Source of the DNA: Caecitellus pseudoparvulus
Lineage: Eukaryota; Protista; Bigyra: Bicosoecida
Length of the DNA: 64,000 nt
Reading direction: 5' to 3'
Assembly (NCBI GenBank): GCA_965644315.1
Contig: CBFFRQ010000039.1
Span: 195,387-259,386 of the forward strand
The position numbers and the translations under genes are program-made. This document shows, piece by piece, positions 25,318-36,000 of the stretch. Under the pieces are notes generated by a model. The model did no database searches and was not told the DNA's origin. It saw only the letters and a list, made by a program, of their open reading frames with translations. Each line of letters starts with the position of its first letter. The first letter of the stretch is position 1.

Positions 25318-25760
25318 GAGTGCAGCAGCGGTTCCAAGCCCTTCCCACCAGCCCGAATGTCGGGCGACTGCAGGCAGGGCGCCTGCAGTGGGGGGACGAT
25401 TCGACGCTCGGTAGGTGAGCACAGCAGGATAAAGTTGGTGAGAGGTGCAGCAGGGTTGGTTGGGCAGGGGTGGGCTGAGGGATGTGGCGCTGGAGTAGCG
25501 GTGCTTCGTGCCGCGATGAGCGTTTTCGCATTCCGCACATTGTCTCGGAATGCAACTCGCAATGCCCGGGCAAAAGTAAGACAATCCAAAAAATTGCACT
25601 TCGCATGCACAGTGATGCAAGAAGTCCCACTCTGTGTCTTTATACCTGCGCCGACCAAGCCTGCAGCAGCCGGTGAAGTCCGTTTGCAGGACCGAGCAAC
25701 AGCCAGCCCGGGCCCTGCCTCCACACGGCCAAGCAGCCTTGCCAGTGCACGACCAAGAAC

Positions 25761-28700
25761 ATGGAGGGTGCCCAGGGAAGTCCCCAGTTCAGCGCCATGC
25801 ACTACGCTGGCGCTGTGCCCGAGTTTCGCACTGAAACGGGCCATCCTAGCTCAGACTGGGCTGCGAGCCTGCCCCAACTGCCACCCTCGCCAGCTGGCCC
25901 CACGCCAGGGAGGACTCCCAGGGCCTCACCCCCAAGTGGTGGTCGAGTGGAGTCAGCTGAACAGCTGGCCCCTGTAACACCGGCCGCCGCTGAAGCAAGC
26001 GCGCCGGCTGAATCTGCCCAGGGTGGGCAGAGCAACGGAAACGCAGGCGCAACGCAGGTCCGCAGTGTGGCGGACTTGTTCGCGCCCATGACGCCGCCCC
26101 GCATCCCCAGGGGCCGTGGAACTGACGCACATTCTACACAAGGCTTCCACATGGGCGGTGGTGGCGACTCGGCCCCTCCTTCCCCCAGCACGCCTCGCCT
26201 GCCGTCGTCCCTGGTGCAGGCTGCGGCGGCAGAGGCAGGGCACGAGGTGGTGCGCCTTGTGGCTGGCGGCATGGAGGTGGACCGCACAAATTTTGACAGG
26301 TTCAAGGCCCAACATGATCCCAGCATGCCCATCGCAGTGAGTGGGCCTGCGCCCTGCAGTGGGCAGTGGCCGCTGCGTATTTCGCGACCAGACACGCTCA
26401 CCCCGCCTTTCCCCGCGACTCCGCCTCCCAGGTTGTGTCTTTCCTGGGCGACACCAGCGCTGGCAAGAGCCACACTATCTCAGCTCTCATGGAGCCCCAC
26501 GAAAGGTGAGCTTCAATCGCATGAGCGTGTCCGCCCGCGCTGCTTCGAGTCACTTGCGTGCTGCATTCTCCGCCCTCCTCACAGCCGACCTTTCTGCCAA
26601 CCTGGCTCCAAGCAGTCAGCCGCCACCACCTTCAATGTGAACTTGTTCCAGTGCAAGAGCCTTGTGCCAGGCATGGTCGTGAACTTCGTGGACTTCGAGG
26701 GCGAGAACGGCACTGCTGCGCCCATCATGGCCAAGGTGCGAGGTGTGAAACGCAGCAAAAGGCAGCGCGTCCTGAGCGAGCGAGCGCAGCGCACACCTGC
26801 ACCTCGCACATGCCCACCTTGCAGGCTCGTTCCCTGTCCCCCATGGTGTCCAGTCGTTTCCAGGCTGTGCACGAGCACTTCCCAAAGCTCGCCTACACCA
26901 CCTCTGACATCGTGGTGGTCGTGTGCAGGGAGCCCTTTTACAACAGGCGGTACCTGGAGCGGTGTCTGGAGTTCGCCAAGCGTGCCAACGCAGGCGTGAC
27001 CAATGTGGACCGCCCAGCCCTGGTGCTGCTGGGGAACAAGCTGCCCGGAGAGGAGGTGGAGGAGGATGTGTCGGTGAGCACGGACCAGTTTTTCGCCGCG
27101 TGGGGCGAGGATGCGCGTGTGCTGGACTCCTATTTCTCCGCAGTCGTGTGCCTGTACGTGCCGCACAAGGCCAACATGTGGCGCCGCGAAGACGGCAGCA
27201 TCGTGGACGGCGCAGTGGTGTTTGAGCGCCAAATCCTGAAACTGCGCCACATCCTACAGCAGCTGGCCGTGAAACGCCTCAGGCGTTCCCGTGCGCTCAT
27301 GGCGGGGGCTGGTGCCGGCGGAGGGGATGCCCTGGACGATCAGCGCCTCATCACGCAGCAGTCTGGCCTGTGGTACACCCTGCTGCCGTACGTGGTGCAG
27401 GAGCTGAACGCGAGCCGAGGCGTGAACGTGTCTGAACTCATTGACCGGGCGTGGGCGTCAGCGGTGTCTGCCAGCGGGGCCCAGACAGACCGCGACCTGG
27501 ACGTGTTCATGACCTTCATCGCACACATGCGCCCGCCGCGGGCCCTCAGCGCCTCAGCGCCGCGCTTTAACGAAGATGTCATCTTGCGTTTCGATGCGCT
27601 GCGCAGCCTGGTGCTGTCCACCACCACGCGCCTGCTGGCAGCTCGCCTGCGCCGCATTGACGCCGGCTTGCTGGTGGAGAGCAAGGTGAAGGCGTATGTG
27701 CGGCGCACTGCCTCGGCGGTGGTGGAGATCTTGGAGGGCCTTGCGCCGTGTGTGGCGGAGCTGGACACGGCCGCGTCCGGGCTAGCGCCCACCTCCCGCC
27801 CAGACGAGCCCGTGCTGTGTCTGGAGGAAGCCAGGGTGCACGGCAAGGGTGCCCATAGGTGCTCACGCCGGGTGTCTCCCAGCGGCACTGCTTCAGTCTG
27901 GTCGCGCATTCTCTCCCGCACGCCGTACAATGCCACGTGGCCGGGTCAGTTCCAGCCCCCACAGCTGCAGTCCTTGACACTGGACGGCGTGGCAGAGGAG
28001 GTGTGGGCCGCGGTGCACATGGACGACGGGGCGTTCCTGGAGGCTCTGCAGCTCTTGCAGACTCAGGGGGCCGCCGGCAGTTCCCGTGTGTCACTTGGCT
28101 TCGTGCCGCTGCCTGGAGCGGATGGGCCGCTGCCCTCCCCGCCGCGCCACGGGCCCAGCTCAGGCATGGTGTCTTCGACGGAGTCCATCGCTTCTGTGCC
28201 TGGCGGCAGCAGCCAGCCCACCACCGGGCAGACTGTGCCCGCCTCGGACGGCGCGCTGGGGGGGGCAACAGGCCCTGCCGTGGCAGGCGTGAGCAGGGAC
28301 TTCCGAGGCCCCATTCGGCCCGATGTGGCACAGCGCCTGAACCTCATGGGGGCGCTGCCCGCATCGCAAGACCTGCCCTACTGCATTGGCTGTGGCTGCA
28401 AGGTGTCGGGGGAGGTGGGTGCCGCGACCACTGTGGCTGGCGACCAACACGTCGGCGGCAGCGACTCGCCCAACGCCCCCACCACGCCCAGCTCATGGCT
28501 GGGCTCCATGCTCGCAGCAGTGGGCCTGCAGTCTGCCGCGCCAGCAGCCTCCACCACCGCAGCGCCCACCCGCGCCGACACTGCCGCCGCCGCAGCGCTG
28601 GAGGAGAGCTTGGCTCAGAGTCTCGCAGAGGATGACGCTGCAGGAGAGGTGGCAGCTGCGCTGCAGACGGACCGCCGCATGGCTGGCAGTGTGTCCTTCG

Positions 28701-28930
28701 CTGCGGACTTGGAATCGGGGTCCAGCTCCAAAACCAGTGCCGTCACTGCCGACGGCTCGCGTCGGGGTGGCTTGGCGGGCAAGGCGCTGGCAGCCAGCCC
28801 CCCTGCTGTGCAGTACGTGTGGCTGGGTCTTTGTGGGGTGTGCTGGCATGCTGTGCAGCCTGGCGAAGGCCTTGGCGTGGCAGCCGAGGCGGCGCAGGAG
28901 GACTGCGTGGGCGGCATTGAGGACCGGTGA
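25761..28930 (+). CDS. P-loop GTPase of GBP/atlastin/DFCP1-like type with C-terminal Cys/His motifs
   Basis: After intron 26337..26431, exon VVSFLGDTSAGKSHTISQL (Walker A); then VNFVDFEG (G3), KLAYTTSDIVVVV and LVLLGNK (G4-like). CxxC pairs YCIGC and LCGVC lie near the C-terminus. Confidence 0.72.
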
Positions 28931-28989
28931 CCGCCTCGTGGCGTGGTGCTGTCGAGGAATGCAGTTTCTTCCACGACGCAGGTGCCGCA

Positions 28990-31227
28990 TCACTTCTTGC
29001 GCCTGCCGGCCTTAGTCGGCGACGCAGGGGCTGGAGTGGCCTCCTCCTCGTCCACTGCAGGCAGGGCGTGCAGTGGCAGGAAGCAGGGGGGCAAGGCGCA
29101 CGTGCCGTGGGGGTGGAAGGGAGTGGCGTCTCGCACGACCAAGCGCAGATCGCCCTGCGCAGCCTTGGACAGCGCCAGGGCGCCTGCAGGCAGCTGCAGA
29201 ATGCCGTCGTGCAATGGCGGCGAGAGAACGCCTTGGGTATGCGCATCCTGCACTGGGGGCGATCTGGGCTCGCTTGGCACGTCAGCTGGCACGGGAGCTG
29301 CAAGCCACGACACACTCGCAGCCCGGGCAGCTTCCGCTGTCCCCCGCTGCAGAGCCCTGGCAGCCTCGACCTCAGGCGCCTCAGCTGGCGCCTCGGCCTT
29401 GGATGCTTTGCTGCGTGGGCTGCGTCGCGACTTGGGAGAGGTGGCGGCCTCGGCAGACCGTGCGGCGGAGATGTCTTCTGCCAGCGTCTGCACTTGTGCC
29501 TGGAAGGCAGCTTCAGCAGCCTGAGGGTTCAAGTGGCTGCCACTCTCCAGCCCCTGGGGCCACGAGGAAGCTACCAGCAGCCACTCCGGGCAGTCACACC
29601 ATTCTGTCTCGCCAGACTCGCGCGCCTGTGCCGATTGCAGTGAAATGGACAGCAGGCGCCCTTGCTCGCCCAGTGCGAGCTGCTCCCACGCCTGCCACGT
29701 CGCGCGGCGCCAGACATGAGGCAGACCAGCTGCAAGAGCAACCTCCAACTCCTCAGCTGCAGCTGCTTCGGCCGCTGCCGCCTCTGCCTTCACGGAGAGC
29801 GCTTTCTTCTTGCCTTTGCCCTTCGGCGTGGCTGCAGCAGCCGCTTCCTCCTCAGCCTCGGCAGCGGCCTGCTCTGCTGCCGCCTGTGCTGCAGTTTCAG
29901 CTTGTGCTGTTTCGTAGGCTTCTTTTGCACCTGGGGGTGCATACACAGCCGCCAGGCACAGCCCAGGGAGTGCGTGGCCAGCTCGAATCTGTGGCACAGA
30001 GGCGGGCTGTGGCACTGCTGCCGCAGTTGCGGTTTCCCAATCGATGCTCGGATCCAACGCCGCTTCCGCACCAGAAGCGCCCTTCTTTCCCTTCTTCTTG
30101 GGCGTTTTTGGCGTTTTCGGCGTCTTAGGAGCGGCAGCGGCGGCTTCTGCAGCTTCTGCAGCAGTGGGAATGGGCGGCAGGTGTGGGCCCCACCCGCCCC
30201 GCAGCACAGTGCCCAGGGCCACAGGCGCGTCGTTAACCCACTCCCCACTGTACACTAGGCCTGCCGATGGCGTGCTGGGGGGGGACCAGGTGGTGCTGGG
30301 GCGGAAGGTAGGCACTGTCCGATCACCCTCTCTGCCGGTGCTCGCAGCCTCCTCGCCCGAGCCCCCAGATGCTGCCCCAGCAGCAGCGGTGGCAGGTGAA
30401 CTGGAAGACAATTCCGATTCAGCACTGGGTGCCGCATGTGGTGCCGCATCGCACCCTTCGGCGCCGGCCTCCGGTGAGTCAGCGTCGGCGCCTTCCTTGC
30501 CCTCGGCGAACCCGGACTCACTGACAGCCACGCCTGACTCAGCGGCTGCAACGCCAGCAGTGGGCACAAGGGGTGCGTCGTCGCAGCCCACCTGCTCAAG
30601 CACTGCGTCTGCCGCGCCCAGAACACCAAAACCGCTGCGCTGGAGTGAATGCAGGTCCCCGGAATACACACTGCCATCTGGGTATCGGATGAGGGCGCCG
30701 CCATCCACCTGCCCACTGACAAAGGTGGCAGTGATGACGGTGCCATCAGGGCGTGTGATCTCCCCAGGTCCGTGGGCCTTGTGGCGCTGAAACGTCCCAG
30801 TATGCTGGGTGCCGTCGGACGCCACCGAAACGCCACGCCCATGCCACGCGCTGCTGCACCACTCGCCATCGTACCTGCCCCCGTCCGGGTAAACCATGCT
30901 TCCTCGGCCGCTCAACTCGCCATCCAGGAACTCCCCCGTGTACTCTCGGCCGTCGGGCCACTTGCGGCGTCCCTGCCCCCGCATCTGCCCGGCATCCCAC
31001 GCTCCTTCATACTCGCTTCCATCGGGGAGAAGCATGTACCCCTGGCCATGACGTTTGCCATGCTGCCAGGCCCCCCTGTACACGCTCTCTCCTGGACCGT
31101 ACGTGCACGTGCCTGCGGGATCGCGGCGCCAGTGCATCCGTTGGGTGCTCCGAAACGCCAACGAAACACAGCCCATCTCACCGTGCCCATGCCGCTTCCC
31201 GTCCAGCATGTCGCCCTCGTACGACAT
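28990..31227 (-). CDS. MORN-repeat protein (MORN1-like)
   Basis: About 8 MORN units (YEGDMLDGKRHGHG, YRGAWQHGKRHGQG, YEGAWDAGQMRGQG, YTGEFLDGELSGRG...); in-frame intron near 31113-31181. Confidence 0.9.
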   Translation of the reverse strand: MSYEGDMLDGKRHGHGEMGCVSLAFRSTQRMHWRRDPAGTCTYGPGESVYRGAWQHGKRHGQGYMLLPDGSEYEGAWDAGQMRGQGRRKWPDGREYTGEFLDGELSGRGSMVYPDGGRYDGEWCSSAWHGRGVSVASDGTQHTGTFQRHKAHGPGEITRPDGTVITATFVSGQVDGGALIRYPDGSVYSGDLHSLQRSGFGVLGAADAVLEQVGCDDAPLVPTAGVAAAESGVAVSESGFAEGKEGADADSPEAGAEGCDAAPHAAPSAESELSSSSPATAAAGAASGGSGEEAASTGREGDRTVPTFRPSTTWSPPSTPSAGLVYSGEWVNDAPVALGTVLRGGWGPHLPPIPTAAEAAEAAAAAPKTPKTPKTPKKKGKKGASGAEAALDPSIDWETATAAAVPQPASVPQIRAGHALPGLCLAAVYAPPGAKEAYETAQAETAAQAAAEQAAAEAEEEAAAAATPKGKGKKKALSVKAEAAAAEAAAAEELEVALAAGLPHVWRRATWQAWEQLALGEQGRLLSISLQSAQARESGETEWCDCPEWLLVASSWPQGLESGSHLNPQAAEAAFQAQVQTLAEDISAARSAEAATSPKSRRSPRSKASKAEAPAEAPEVEAARALQRGTAEAARAASVSWLAAPVPADVPSEPRSPPVQDAHTQGVLSPPLHDGILQLPAGALALSKAAQGDLRLVVRDATPFHPHGTCALPPCFLPLHALPAVDEEEATPAPASPTKAGRRKK

Positions 31228-31457
31228 ACTTCAAAGGTCAGTGGATTTGTGGGGAGCTGGATCCAGACTGCGCCGCTGCAGGCACAGCAATGGATATCTG
31301 CAGTGCCCCCTCGTGCACCAACCTCTGCCTCAGCTGCACTGTCCCACTTGAACGCTCGCTGGTTGAAAGGCCTTGTCAATCTTGGATGCACAACTGCATG
31401 GCGCAGCACACTCGCTGTGCATGGGTGCATTGGTTGTAGCTCGCTGCTTCTGCTGCG

Positions 31458-32854
31458 TCAGTCCCGCATCCACCACATGCCTTCGTCCATGAGCTTGCCG
31501 TCCTCCTCGCAGCCCTTCAGAGCCGTCTCGCACAGGTCCACGGCAGCCTTGATGTCGGCCTCGTCAATGGTGGTGCCCTTCTCCACCACGAAGAAGAACT
31601 GCACGGTGATGTTGATGGCGCAGTCGGGGTCCCGTTCCCAGTTGCTGCTGGCTGGCATCTCCATGGGTCCAGCTGTCTCGCCGTAGCTGACACGCGCAGC
31701 CTTTACGCGGGAGGGTGGTGCGGCCACCTTTTCCTTGACCTCAAGGCTGCTCATCACCGCGCGTTCGTATTCCTCTTCGCATTCGTCATCGTCCAAGGGA
31801 GCACACGCCCCGCAGGCATCAGCAATGTCGTAGATGTCACCGCCCATGTCGAAGCCAGCGCCTTCCAGCGCATACACCCCACTCGCCAAGATGTCTGGCA
31901 CCTTTTTCTTCTGCTTCAGTGGCACCTGCACCGTCATGAGGCGGTTGAAACCCTTGCCCATGGAGCGAATGCCCAGCACGCCTGAGGTGGCCTTGCCTGC
32001 AGCTGCCGCAGCTGCCGCCTCCTCCTCCGTCTCCTTCTGCTCCATGCTCACGCCGTGCTTGGTGCGCAGTGCCTCCAAGTACGTGCAGCTGTACCCAGTG
32101 GGGGACTCCTCGTCCTTCTTGTGCAGGTACTGCGGCACGGAGCCTGGCCCGTCCTGCTGCAGGAAGGTGCCCTGGGTCGTGGCCAGCAGGATGACGTTCT
32201 TGGGATCTTCGGCGCTAAGTGTCTGGTAGTTGCAGGCGGAGTTGTACATGTCAACTGAGCCCTCCTCGTCTGCCGGCAGGAAGACCACTTGGAAGCGAAT
32301 GCCCACCTTGGCATCACGGTCGGCGTCGAAGAGGGACGTGCCGGCAGGCACACCAGCGTAGCTGCCAAAGTCACCCGCCCGTTCCAGGTACTCTTGCAGA
32401 GTGATGGGCCGCAGAGAGTCGGGCGTCTCACCGCCTGCGCTCTCGGGGACATTTCCCACAACCACAGCAACGTCTGAGGCTCGCACGCTCCCGATGCGCT
32501 CGTCGAAGTTGTCCGAGCGCACAACGAGGAAGTTGGAGCCATCCTTGCCCATCAGACAGACGTCGGTGATGTTGCTGCCGAAGGCTGATCCAGCAGCTCT
32601 GCACAGTGAAAAAAGTTGTGCCGCCTGGAGTTGCGGTGTTTGGCGTGTTGGGGCGCGACTGCACCAGCTCACGCACCGGCTGCCGTCGTTCCATGACACG
32701 GTCACAGGGGAGTAGTCTGGGTTGTGGGCCTTGCATACCTGTTTCAAGGAGGCAGAGGCGGTTCAGAGCGCCGTCAGAGCTGGGCTGGCAGGGATGGTGG
32801 CCTTACCCCACGCAGTTGAGCGGCCAGCGTGGCAGCAGCGTCACCAGCAGCCAT
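31458..32854 (-). CDS. Conserved hypothetical protein (SWxDxxR...GSNITD family)
   Basis: ATG 32854, phase-0 intron 32739..32806 and a second in-frame intron after SWNDGSR. Globular sequence with GSAFGSNITDVCL, VVRSDNFDE, IRFQVVFLP, YNYQT-like CNYQT, NRLMTVQVPL and RDPDCAINITVQFF. Confidence 0.75.
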
Positions 32855-33006
32855 GGCGAAGAGCTGGCAGTTGCAAGAGAAGTGGGACGTTCCAGAAGCA
32901 GTGGAGCAGATCGTCGTGATGCTAGTGTGGGGTACGAGATGTGGGTGGTGGAGTGTGACCGCACGTGGCAACTGCACAGCTGCGGGTTCGCGCTCCGCCA
33001 CCACGC

Positions 33007-36000
33007 CTACATCTGCAGCACGTCATAGCGGTCCTCCTGCACACTGAACAGCACGACGACTGGCGGCAGGCCAGAGGGGCCCGCCAACAGCTCACAAGCC
33101 TCCTTCATGGCGTCTTTCAGCGGCCTACGGTGGCTGGCCACGCCTGGCACGGTGGAGGATGTAACCAGCTTCACCGCCTCCGTCGCATTGCCACCGTGGG
33201 CAACAAGCCCCGTGCCCACCAGGCGCACCAGGGCAAAGGGCAAGTCCATGACAAGCACTGGAATGGGGGCTGATGTGGGAGGCAGGTGGGCCGGCAGGTG
33301 ACTGGCCCCACGCTTCTCCCATGCGTGGCGCTTCTTCGCCTTCAACGAGCTGCCGCCCAGCACGGTCACTTCCACGTTCAGCGCACTGGCAGGGCGGCGT
33401 GGGGTGCCCACGGCGCTTGGTGTTGCACTCCCCCCTGCACCTGCCATGGTTGGAGCTGCTGGTGGGGCTGCTGCGGCAGCAGGGGGCAGGTGACTCTGCT
33501 CCGCGGCTGTGATGCTGGTGCCGCTTGCGCACGCCATGAGGGCTTCAGCCAGGTGCACATTGTCCCCTGCTGCCGTGACGATGGCTCCCAGGTGCCCCGA
33601 CACGGCCCCTGCTCGCTGCGTCAACCATGCAGTCTCCTGCACTTCCCTCGCAGCGGCCCGGGGCAGAGGCAGGCTGCTCACCAGTGCCTCTGCCACTGTG
33701 CGTGGCAGCGCGGACAGCTCCACATCCGCCACGTCCACTTGCCCATCCACGCTGCGCACACGCAGGGCCAGGGAGCTGCCCCTGGACCGCACGTGGACGA
33801 GAATGCGCTGCCCTCCCGCGGCTGCCCACTGGTTGGCTTCGTCGAAGGTGAGGGGGGCTGGGTGAAGGTACTCTGCTGTGATGCGTACAGACCACAGGCA
33901 GGCTGCGACCGCCGCTCGAGCAGCCAGCAGGCTCTCGGCCGAAGTCCCCGTGCTCACCACCAGCACGTCACTGGCAGGAGTCACCGCAGCGGGCAGTGTG
34001 TGGCCGTGCAGACGGGCTGGCAGGGATGCACCACTGACCAGCGCCGTGACTTTGTCCAGGGCCATGCGCAGCCCCACCACCACGGGCAGGGGGCAGTTCT
34101 TGTCTGTGCGGGGGTCTCGGAACCGCAGCACGAGGTCATCGTACCGCCCTCCCTTCAGCAACACCTCGTTGCCTGCCCCGGTGCGCGGGGCCACGAGGCC
34201 AGCGCGAGCCAAGGCACCCCGCTCGCCGCCTGCCGTGCGGGAGGATGCAGCATCACTTTCGCCAGCCGCCGAGCCTTTCCCTGAGCGCTTGCTGCTGGTG
34301 GAGTTATCCAGCTGCACGTTGAACAGCAGGGCATGACTGTAGCGACCGAGCTTGTCGCGGGCGCCGACATCCAGGCGAGCCAGCAGGAGTGCACGCCCCA
34401 CCGCAACGGCTGGGCTGGCGCCGGACACAGCCGCACGGGAACGCTGCAGGGCGTGCAGTGCCTGAGGCAGCCCGGTAAACGCATCGGAGTCCGACGTGTA
34501 CAGACAGGCGCTGGGCCCTGCAGGGTCAGCAACGCTGTGGGAGCGACGGCGGGCGGGCGGTGCGCCTTCCGTGCCGCTGGAGCCTGTGCTGGACAGTCTG
34601 TCAGCACTGACTGGCGGAGGAGGCATGCTCACAGCGCCAGCGGCAGCTGCGAGCAGTGGGCACGGCTGGGCACCCGGCGCTGGCACTGGCAGGCCGGCTG
34701 CAGATCGCACCATGTGTGTGAGCGTGGTCAGAGTAGCTGTCAACTCCGAGATGCCCTGTGCAGCGAGGGCCAGCCCTGCCAGCCGTAGGCGGCAGTCCAG
34801 CAGCGCTTCGTTCACCTCTGAGGCGGAGCCTGCTCGCCCAGTGGCTGTGCTCACGTACCGTGCGCGCAGCTGCTGCCACTGGCTCTGCACGAAGCTGCGC
34901 ATCTGGTGCAGAGCCAGGAACTTGTCGCTGGCCAACATGATGAACGGCCGCAACGCGCTGGCAGACACCTCTGGCAGGCCCAAACCCTTCAAATGCGCCT
35001 TGATGTCCCGCCATCGCAGCGTGCTCTCAACCAGGGGCACGGTGACGGCCCCACCAGCGCCTGCAGAGGAGCCCTTCGCCTTGCGCCCTGAGCCAGCCCT
35101 GCGCTTGTGCGTGTGTTGCTTTGCAGCCACCTGCATGGTGTGGGCGGCAGCGGAAAAGAGGCGGCACACGGCGTGCCGCAGCTTCAGCGGGACTGCTGCG
35201 AAGTCCATTGCGCCCCGCGCAATCTTCATGTTGCTGATACGGAGGAAGTACTTGCCGACAGCAGGACCAAGTGACTGCATCACTTCTGCGGCGACACAGA
35301 GAGTTTCCGCCTCTGCACTTGCCGCGCCGAGCGCGGCCCGCCCAGGGTCTAGGTCGTCAATTGCACTGAAGATGTCCACGGGCACAGCCTCGGGGGCGGG
35401 GGCGAGGTTCCCCAAGCGCACGCTGCGGGGACCACCGCGCCGGGCGCTGACGACGATGTCAAAGTCTGCCTCTTGCAGTTCCGAGGGCGGGCCTGTGCCA
35501 CCACTGTTGGCGCTGGAGTTGTGGTACGTGCGCGAGGACACGTAGCGCTTGAGGTCGGAGACATTGTGCCGGGCGACGTACCGCGCGAACGGCTCAGTGA
35601 GGTCGCTGGGCAGGTGCAGCACCATGCCTTGGCCGTCCAGCACATGCACGCGGCCTTTGTGCGTGTTAGTCTTCCCGACAGAGCCGATGTGTGGCCACAG
35701 CACCGGGCCGTGGAAGCATGTGAAAGCTGCGTCAACTGACGCACTGGGCAGTCCAGGTACTGCACGCTCGCCAGCAGTGCCAGTGTGTACTGACAACGAC
35801 AGCGCAGCGACGCCCAGCGGATCTGCAAACAGGGGGGCTGCCCGCTGCTTGAACATTGCCAGTGCTGGTTGCACTTCGGACGGCACGGGTGCCAGCAGTG
35901 GAGTGCTGAACGGTACCGCCGAATGCCGCTCAAACGTGCTCACGACACGCCGCACAAGCGCCTCGCGCTGCAAGACGTCTTGGTGCTGCGCAATTGTGGC

